In this document: piece by piece, positions 57,080-64,000 of the stretch
Numbering within the stretch: the first letter of the stretch is position 1
How the letters are laid out: every line of letters begins with the position of its first letter
NCBI GenBank assembly: GCA_964576435.1
Contig: CAZNUP010000001.1
Span: 162,345-226,344, forward strand
Reading direction: 5' to 3'
From: an uncultured Gammaproteobacteria bacterium
GTDB lineage: Bacteria; Patescibacteriota; Microgenomatia; JAMCZE01
DNA: 64,000 bases
Translations under genes and position numbers: made by a program
Notes under the pieces: generated by a model
Told to the model about the DNA's origin: nothing
What the model saw: only the letters and a program-made list of their open reading frames with translations
The model's database searches: none

Positions 57080-58777
57080 TTAAGTTCGGAAAATCTTAAG
57101 GAAGGTATCGTTTGGAATTTGCACTTTCCCAATAGACTTCATCTTTTCCTTACCTTTTTTCTGCTTTTGTTCTAGTTTAAGCCGCCTTGTGAAATCCCCA
57201 CCATAAAGTTTTGCCCCCACATCTTTTCTAAATGCGGATATATCTGCTCTTGCAATAATTTGTCCATCAACTGAGGCTTGAATTGGAATTGGAATTTGTT
57301 GTCTAGGGATTACCTCTTTAAGTCTTTCGACAATGAACTTTCCAAATTTTTCAGCTCGTGATCTTTCCATTATTTGGGAAAAGGCATCGATTTCTTCGTG
57401 GTTAATTAAAATATCTAGCTTTACATGGTCAAATGGTCTGTACTCAGCAATTTCATAATCAATACTCGCAAATCCAGATGACTTACTTTTGAGTTGGTCA
57501 AAAAAGTCAGTAATTATTTCGGCAAGTGGTAGTTCGTAGGTAAGTGTCGCATTTTGCCCACTATAATTCGAATCTAATAGTTTCCCCCTCCTGTCTTCAC
57601 AAAGTTGAATAACGGCCCCTACAAAACTTTCTGGAACAATAATAGTTGCAAGCACCCATGGTTCCTCACTATTTATATATTCAACAGTAGGCGAGGTGGC
57701 TAAAATCCCAAGATCAAAATCTTTTTCTAATCTTTCTTGTGATACCTCGGCATGTAAGTGTCCGAGGAATCCACATTTAAATCCTCTCCCTAACGCTTTT
57801 GATGAAGTTGGAGAGTAGGTGAGTGCTGCATCGTTTAGTTTTAATTTAGAAAGTGCATCTTCCAAAATATCAAATTCATCTTGATCAACTGGGAAAAAAC
57901 TAACAAACACAACAGGTTTTGGTTCTCTATACCCCGGCAGTTCTAATGTGGTAGAAACAACAGGCATCACAGTCAATGTGTCTCCAACCTTAACTAGCCC
58001 AGCTTGTTTAATGTTGGTTGCAATATAGCCAACAGACCCGGCATCAAGTTCTTTTTGCACTGTCATCTGAGGCTTAAAGATACCAAGTTCCAGAATTGCC
58101 CCTTCTGCATTAGTGACTAATAGCTTAAGTTTGTCGCTCTCTAATATTTTTCCGTCAAACACTCTTATAAATGCTACTACTCCTCGTTTAGGGTCAAATT
58201 GTGAAGAAAAAACCAGTGCTCTTGTAGGTGCATCCAAATTTCCCGATGGGGCAGGTACTTCCTTAATAACTCTATCAAGTAGTTCGGAAACTCCGTCTCC
58301 AGTTCGTGCAGAGATTTTACTTATCTTATTTCCGACTAAACTATTTAGTTGCTCTTCAACTTCAGAAACCCGTGCGTTAGGGGAATCAATTTTGTTAATT
58401 ACTGGAATTATCGTAAGCCCCAGTCTTTTAGCTTTCTCAAGGTGTGACAAGGTTTGAGCCTGCACCCCTTTGGTTGCGTCAACTAAAAGTATTGCCCCTT
58501 CAGATGCAGCTAAACTTCTTTCTACCTCATAAGAAAAATCCACATGTCCCGGAGTGTCAATTAAATTAAGTTCAAATCCTTGAAAATCCATCGTCACGGG
58601 GGCTAGCTTAATTGTTATTCCTCTCTCTCTTGAAATTGGATGTGAATCTAAAAGTTGTTCTTTTGCGTCCCTTGCTGAAACAGTTCCAGTTATTTCCATA
58701 AGACGGTCTGCAAGCGTAGACTTGCCATGATCAATGTGAGCAATTATCGAAAAATTTCGAATTCTATCTTGGTTCAT
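57080..58777 (-). CDS. lepA: Elongation factor 4 (start corrected to 58777)
   Basis: IRNFSIIAHIDHGKSTLADR, DTPGH, GFLGHLH. Confidence 0.96.
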   Translation of the reverse strand: MNQDRIRNFSIIAHIDHGKSTLADRLMEITGTVSARDAKEQLLDSHPISRERGITIKLAPVTMDFQGFELNLIDTPGHVDFSYEVERSLAASEGAILLVDATKGVQAQTLSHLEKAKRLGLTIIPVINKIDSPNARVSEVEEQLNSLVGNKISKISARTGDGVSELLDRVIKEVPAPSGNLDAPTRALVFSSQFDPKRGVVAFIRVFDGKILESDKLKLLVTNAEGAILELGIFKPQMTVQKELDAGSVGYIATNIKQAGLVKVGDTLTVMPVVSTTLELPGYREPKPVVFVSFFPVDQDEFDILEDALSKLKLNDAALTYSPTSSKALGRGFKCGFLGHLHAEVSQERLEKDFDLGILATSPTVEYINSEEPWVLATIIVPESFVGAVIQLCEDRRGKLLDSNYSGQNATLTYELPLAEIITDFFDQLKSKSSGFASIDYEIAEYRPFDHVKLDILINHEEIDAFSQIMERSRAEKFGKFIVERLKEVIPRQQIPIPIQASVDGQIIARADISAFRKDVGAKLYGGDFTRRLKLEQKQKKGKEKMKSIGKVQIPNDTFLKIFRT

Positions 58778-60437
58778 TGGTGATTTCTGTTTCGACAACA
58801 ACGTCCGAAACTTCTTTTTCAGCAGCAAACAACAATTTCTTGATCCTGCCAAAAAGGGCAACGAAAGATTGGAGTTCTTTGATATTTAACACCCAAGTAA
58901 GGAAAAGGTAAACAGACATACCAATAAGAGTGGCTGTCCCCGTAAGAAAAATAAGTGGAACTGTTCTTGTCGTATCGAACACTAACTGATCCAAAAGCTT
59001 CATTGGAATATACAAACTAATGCCTGTAAGTGTTGCTGCAACAAGCATTTTTAGTGCTGGTACTAAAAGGTCGTAAAGAGGAAATCCATGCGCTTTGAAG
59101 TATAAAAATACCATAAGTATTGTTGCATACAAGGCATCTGTTATGGCCATAGCAAGTGCTAGTCCCCAAATTGGCAAATGTAAAACAGGTATGGCTAAAA
59201 CTGCAAGGGCGACATTGATAATAACGGTGACAACCCCAATGGCAACTGGCGTTTTACTATCATGTAAAGCATAAAATCCTCGCACGATAATATTTGTTGC
59301 CGATTCAAAAATTAGCGCCACTCCAAGAAAAGCTAATGTCCTCCCCGTATCTACTGTGGCAAACCAGTCAAATTTCGGTGATCCATAAACAAGCCGGACA
59401 ATAGGAATTCGAAGAACAATTAAAATTGCTGCTGCTGGTAAAACCAAAAACAGAATCTGATGTAGGCATGTTAAAAATGTCTTCTTAAATGATTCCAAAC
59501 TTTTGTCCTTTTCTTGTTCTTCAGATAAAGTAGGTAGTGCCGCTTGAGAAATTGTCGCAGCAAAAAGAGACACGGGTATTGCCGCTAATTGTTGAGCAAA
59601 GCTAAAGATTGTCACTCCTCGTGGTCCAAGAAGTGTTGAAATACTAAATGTCACAAGGTATCCAATTTGGTTAATTGAAAGTCCAATTAGTCTTGGGAAA
59701 AACAGCTTCGCCATATCCACAACCCCTGGATGTTTTAGATCCAAAACTGGTTGATATTTGAAGTTTAGGTGCATGACAAGGGGAATCTGAACTAGTGCAA
59801 ATAAGATTGCTCCTATGACGACTCCCCAAACCACACCTAAAAGTCCCATTGATGGCGCCAAAAACCAAATTCCAAGGATTATTCCAATGTTGTAAAGGAT
59901 TGGCGCTGACGCTGGAACCAGGAATCTTTTATGTGATTGAAGTATCCCAGTGAGGAAGTTTCCAAGAAGCAAGGGGAGGGTCTGTCCTATGAGCATTATC
60001 CTTGTGTAGATAACCACTTCCGAAGTCTCTCTAATGGTTAGTCCGGGGGCCAGAATTCTCATCACAGGCTCGGCAAAGACGAAGGTTATTATTGAAAAGA
60101 CCACGAAAACTATCGTTGTTAGATTCAAAACCGTCGAGGCTATCCTATTTGCACCTGCATGGTCCCCCTTGGTGATGTATGAGGTAAAAACAGGGATAAA
60201 GGCAGTTGTCATGGCGCCCATGACAATGAGGTCAAAAAGGACGTTTGGAACCTTAAATGCGGTCAAAAATATGCCAATCTCACTGGCATCAAAAAGACCT
60301 GTCATGAAGCGCCATTTGATAAGGCCTAATATCCGGGAAATGAGGACTGCAGCAGCAATTACCGTCGCCGCTGACAAAATATTGGTTTGACGCCTAAACA
60401 AGATGTCGGTTCCATTGCGGAATAGGTTTTTGACCAT
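58764..60437 (-). CDS. murJ: Lipid II flippase (start corrected to 60437)
   Basis: ISRILG, AFKVPN, AFIPVF, GFYALHDSKTP. Confidence 0.93.
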   Translation of the reverse strand: MVKNLFRNGTDILFRRQTNILSAATVIAAAVLISRILGLIKWRFMTGLFDASEIGIFLTAFKVPNVLFDLIVMGAMTTAFIPVFTSYITKGDHAGANRIASTVLNLTTIVFVVFSIITFVFAEPVMRILAPGLTIRETSEVVIYTRIMLIGQTLPLLLGNFLTGILQSHKRFLVPASAPILYNIGIILGIWFLAPSMGLLGVVWGVVIGAILFALVQIPLVMHLNFKYQPVLDLKHPGVVDMAKLFFPRLIGLSINQIGYLVTFSISTLLGPRGVTIFSFAQQLAAIPVSLFAATISQAALPTLSEEQEKDKSLESFKKTFLTCLHQILFLVLPAAAILIVLRIPIVRLVYGSPKFDWFATVDTGRTLAFLGVALIFESATNIIVRGFYALHDSKTPVAIGVVTVIINVALAVLAIPVLHLPIWGLALAMAITDALYATILMVFLYFKAHGFPLYDLLVPALKMLVAATLTGISLYIPMKLLDQLVFDTTRTVPLIFLTGTATLIGMSVYLFLTWVLNIKELQSFVALFGRIKKLLFAAEKEVSDVVVETEITNEPR

Positions 60438-60478
60438 ACTAGTAGTAATTTTACCAGAAGATCTGATATAATGGGGCC

Positions 60479-60736
60479 ATGCCAAAAATAAAATCGGCCA
60501 TCAAGAAAATGCACCAAGCAGAGAAAAAAGGTGCTGCAAACCGAAAAGTTAAAAACGAACTTAAGTCGGAAATTGATGCTTTCAAAAAATCTCCAACCCC
60601 AAAAGCCTACGCTGAATTGGTTTCTTCAATCGATAAAGCAGCTAAAACTAACATCATCCACAAAAATAAAGCTGACAGACTAAAATCTCGTCTCTCCAAG
60701 CTTCTTAAATCTGAAAAAACTAAGAAAAAAGCTTAA
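60479..60736 (+). CDS. rpsT: 30S ribosomal protein S20
   Basis: MPKIKSAIK, IDKAAK, IHKNKADRLKSRL. Confidence 0.95.
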   Translation: MPKIKSAIKKMHQAEKKGAANRKVKNELKSEIDAFKKSPTPKAYAELVSSIDKAAKTNIIHKNKADRLKSRLSKLLKSEKTKKKA

Positions 60737-60780
60737 CCCTCTTACTCCAAGACTCCTCATTGTGATATCCTGAGTTAGTA

Positions 60781-61326
60781 ATGAAACAGGAAAAATTTGT
60801 GACCCCGGAAGTCAACCTTCTGCCCCAGGATGACATGGAACAACATCCCGGTGGCAAATTTTTAAAGTGGGCTTTGTCGTGGGGAAAAAAGATCATTGTT
60901 CTTATTGAGTTGATTGTAGTTATTGCCTTTCTCTCAAGGTTTAAACTAGATTCAGATGTTGCTAACAATTCAGAAGAAATTGCAAGGAGAAAGACAATTA
61001 TCTTAGCTTCCAAAGATTTTGAGAAAGAATTTCGCCAGGTTCAGACAAAAGTAAATAAAGTCAAGTCGATAACTTCTTTGCCAAACTCAGTAACTATTTA
61101 CGATGTTGTTCAAACATTAATTCCAAGTAGTGTAAATGTTGGATCTATTTCAATTACAGGTACGAAGGTAAACCTTGAAGGTGAAGGTGAAGATAGTGCT
61201 CTTTCAAAAATGGTTGCTGATTTCAAAAGTTCCCCAGATTTTTCCGATGTAGTTCTGGAAAAAGTAACTAAACAAGGAGATAGTACTCAAATTAGTTTCT
61301 CTTTATCGGCCGAATATACAAAGTAA
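60781..61326 (+). CDS. pilN: PilN-like type IV pilus alignment protein
   Basis: VNLLP motif, TM, coiled coil. Confidence 0.8.
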   Translation: MKQEKFVTPEVNLLPQDDMEQHPGGKFLKWALSWGKKIIVLIELIVVIAFLSRFKLDSDVANNSEEIARRKTIILASKDFEKEFRQVQTKVNKVKSITSLPNSVTIYDVVQTLIPSSVNVGSISITGTKVNLEGEGEDSALSKMVADFKSSPDFSDVVLEKVTKQGDSTQISFSLSAEYTK

Positions 61327-61333
61327 TTAAATT

Positions 61334-62014
61334 ATGTCAAACAAGACTGATCAAGCAGATTTAAGGCGATTTGGAAAATATAAAACTCAAATCGAGCCAG
61401 TTATGTCGGATCCAATTATTAGGGGTTACTTCACCCTCGTTGCCTCATTCCTATTAATTGCTTTCTTTATTTTCTTTGCACTCTCTCCAACCTTTTCAAC
61501 TGTTGTTGGATTAGTAAGAAAAATTGATGACCAGAAAAAGACCCTACAAACCTTAGATTCCAAAATTACCAATCTAATTACTGCACAGGAAAACTATAGC
61601 CAAATTGAGTCAAAGCTTCCTCTCTTAGATAGTGCTATGCCTCAAACACCAATGCCCCAAGCTGTTCTTCAAGAAATATTAGCAACCTCTACTTTCTCAG
61701 GAGTCACAATAACTACGCTACAAATTGGTGATGTTTACCTAAGTGGTATTAATCCAAAGCGCCAACCATCGGATTCAACAGCTCCAGTTCAAACTGTTGG
61801 TGTGGCATCAAATATAGGTATTCCAAACGTGCCATTTTCTGTATCATTTACTGGTGATAAAGCTCAAATTAGAAACTTTATTGGCACATTAATGAATCTT
61901 CCGCGCATTATGACAATTTCAACTATAACTGTTGGAGAAAATGTTGAGGAACAAACAAAAGGAGAGTTAAACGCTGACATGACAGGTAATGCGTACTATT
62001 ATCCAAACCCATGA
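61334..62014 (+). CDS. pilO: PilO-like type IV pilus alignment protein
   Basis: TM, coiled coil, LMNLPRI; follows pilN. Confidence 0.75.
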   Translation: MSNKTDQADLRRFGKYKTQIEPVMSDPIIRGYFTLVASFLLIAFFIFFALSPTFSTVVGLVRKIDDQKKTLQTLDSKITNLITAQENYSQIESKLPLLDSAMPQTPMPQAVLQEILATSTFSGVTITTLQIGDVYLSGINPKRQPSDSTAPVQTVGVASNIGIPNVPFSVSFTGDKAQIRNFIGTLMNLPRIMTISTITVGENVEEQTKGELNADMTGNAYYYPNP

Positions 62015-62208
62015 AATTTAAAGATAAAACTTGGATTTTAATATCTTTTCTCACTTTAACAATCGCTGTAATATGGCTAGGTATTGTTGTTAAAAATACT
62101 TTGACAAAACCAACATTACCAGAGGATTTAGAACAAATCTCTAAACCTCTTAATCCAACAATAAATCAGTCGGTTTTTGAAAGTCTAAGTAATAGGAAGT
62201 CGCCATAG
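62011..62208 (+). CDS. Small membrane protein
   Basis: ATGA overlap with the pilO-like gene, one TM. Confidence 0.65.
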   Translation: MKFKDKTWILISFLTLTIAVIWLGIVVKNTLTKPTLPEDLEQISKPLNPTINQSVFESLSNRKSP

Positions 62209-62216
62209 GGTAGTTC

Positions 62217-63518
62217 ATGGGAAACAAAAAAATACCATCAGTCTTAGGTGTTTTCATAGTTATTTTAATGGTGGCTGCTTTATTTGTGACAACAAATGGT
62301 GTCGATAAAGTTAGAGACATATTTACAAATGCTAGTGGTCAACCAGAACCCAAGAACGTAACAATTGCAAACATCAGTAATAATTCCTTTACTGTCTTTT
62401 GGACGACTGATACGCCGTCTGGTGGCGCCGTCTTTTATGGTACGTCAGAAAATCTTGGTGACGGAATAGCTGTTGATCAAAGGGATCTTGGTGGCGCTGG
62501 AGAAAAGTACCAAACACACTTTGTGATAGTAAATGGCTTATCAGAATCTACAAAGTACTATTTTAAGATAGGTGAATCAGACCCCGCCTTTGGTCCCTAT
62601 GATGCGACCACTGGTCCAAAGTTAGATGATGCTACTGAAGCTGTTCAATTATCTGGAAAGGTTACATCAAGTAGTGGCTTTCCAGTTTCCGGATCGGTTG
62701 CTTCTTGGCAAGCTCCAGGTGCCTCTAAAATTGCATCCTTGGTTAAAAGCGATGGTACTTATGTCCTCCCCATTTCGAATGCCAGAGTTACTAACTTGTC
62801 CAGTGCTTTTGCTCCAGAATCTGGATCACCAGAGAAAATCATTATAACTGGAAGCGAAAGTGAAGCAACAATAAATTGTACCTATGGGGAGGCCACAAAT
62901 TTACCAACTGTCCAAATGGGAAAAACCATTTCCTGTTCTGATACTGCCAGTTCGACGCAAGCCACCTCACAGGAGACCTCTACAGAGACACAAGAAACTA
63001 AAACCACCACGTCAACTGGCTTTAAAAATCTCGTTAAATCCAACACCCAGGCAACTAGTTCAGGATCCACTGAAACCGTTGATGTAAACATTGAATCAGG
63101 GGAATCAGTTTCAACAAGTCTACCAACCTTTTCAGGAAAAGCTGGCCCAAAGCAGAAAGTCAAAATTGTCGTTCATTCAGAAGATGTCTATTCAGGAACT
63201 GTTATTGCAAAACCCGATGGTAGTTGGTCTTGGACTCCTCCAGCAAATCTAACTCCTGGTGAGCATACAGTTACTATAACTGTAGTTAATGCTGATGGTA
63301 CTACTCAAACAGTGAATAGAACATTTACAGTAAATTCAGGAGAATCCATTTTGCCGATCACAGCAGGTACTCCGTCAGCAACAATTACATCAGCTCCATT
63401 ACCTGACGACGAACTCATTGCAACTGGTGTCGAGGCTCCTACAATTTTGGCTTTGACATTGAGTGTTTTATTTATTACTCTAAGTATTGGAACTATTTTT
63501 ATCTATGGATCCAATTAA
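62217..63518 (+). CDS. Surface protein with Fn3-like and bacterial Ig-like domains
   Basis: FTVFWTT, HFVIVNGLSESTKYYF, DGSWSWTPPANLTPGEHTVT, C-terminal TM. Confidence 0.8.
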   Translation: MGNKKIPSVLGVFIVILMVAALFVTTNGVDKVRDIFTNASGQPEPKNVTIANISNNSFTVFWTTDTPSGGAVFYGTSENLGDGIAVDQRDLGGAGEKYQTHFVIVNGLSESTKYYFKIGESDPAFGPYDATTGPKLDDATEAVQLSGKVTSSSGFPVSGSVASWQAPGASKIASLVKSDGTYVLPISNARVTNLSSAFAPESGSPEKIIITGSESEATINCTYGEATNLPTVQMGKTISCSDTASSTQATSQETSTETQETKTTTSTGFKNLVKSNTQATSSGSTETVDVNIESGESVSTSLPTFSGKAGPKQKVKIVVHSEDVYSGTVIAKPDGSWSWTPPANLTPGEHTVTITVVNADGTTQTVNRTFTVNSGESILPITAGTPSATITSAPLPDDELIATGVEAPTILALTLSVLFITLSIGTIFIYGSN

Positions 63519-64000
63519 AACTAATCCAGCCGGACCACAACCAACCCCAGGGGTAGCTACTCCTGTAACTCCAACTCCAAGTTTAGAACCAAAGGTATTT
63601 GATTTGTCGTCTATAAATTCTGTTAACAAAGGCGGAGGAGGAAGTTTCTTCAAAAAAAAGCCAGTAATTGTTGGTGTTTTAAGTGTCTTGGTTCTTGCAT
63701 TAGTTATGGCAGCTGGAGTCGGATTTTTCCTAAATAATCAAAGAACCACGGTTCCACCACAGGCTGCTGATTGTACTGACTATGGTTTTGTCGGCGGTGG
63801 TGGTGGCAACGCTCAATTCTCAGGTGGTCCAAATGGTAAAGGAACGGAAGCTTGGGCAGAAGGAACTGTATTCAATAATTGCTCAACTCCAATTGACTAC
63901 TACGTAATTAGAGCGTGGTGTAAAGCAACCAATTCTTCAATTAACGGTGGTTGTGGTGATAACGCTCAAAAAGAAAAAAGAACACTTCAACCAGGTCAGA
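63505..64000 (+). CDS. Membrane-anchored Cys-containing protein; runs off the window edge
   Basis: Hand-translated: MDPIKTNPAGPQP...VIVGVLSVLVLALVMAAGVGFF...; open to the end of the window. Confidence 0.7.
   Translation, partial: MDPIKTNPAGPQPTPGVATPVTPTPSLEPKVFDLSSINSVNKGGGGSFFKKKPVIVGVLSVLVLALVMAAGVGFFLNNQRTTVPPQAADCTDYGFVGGGGGNAQFSGGPNGKGTEAWAEGTVFNNCSTPIDYYVIRAWCKATNSSINGGCGDNAQKEKRTLQPGQ

Noticed and set aside
58778-58861. N-terminal extension of lepA in the ORF track
   Set aside because: Overlaps murJ; LepA homology starts at MNQDRIRNF.

Overview
This 64 kb window looks like chromosome from a Patescibacteria (CPR, Microgenomates-like) bacterium; the lineage call is inferred from gene content. 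Core genes: dsbB-like, rpoD, dnaG, comF, smpB-ssrA, lepA, murJ, rpsT. There is a split type IV pilus locus with a kinase and two response regulators, an array of TrbC/VirB2-like pilins with a VirB6-like protein, and eight tRNA genes. Two integrated defence-carrying elements are each driven by a large serine recombinase (LSR) that runs antisense into the 3' end of an RNA gene. One sits at a tRNA-Asn interrupted by a group I intron and carries an Avs2-like STAND NTPase; its far end lies outside the window. The other sits at tmRNA and carries Shedu. Main finding: the tmRNA element appears bounded by TCCACA at 34786-34791 and 41238-41243, and this site lies inside the recombinase gene. Excision would replace the 19-aa tmRNA-antisense C-terminus with an in-frame 53-aa tail stored at the other end of the element. 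Also notable: a tRNA-Ser with the very rare ACT anticodon, a 36-codon tmRNA tag, a duplicated 16-bp palindrome bracketing cargo genes, and widespread leaderless promoter architecture. All family assignments come from motif recognition, not database searches.
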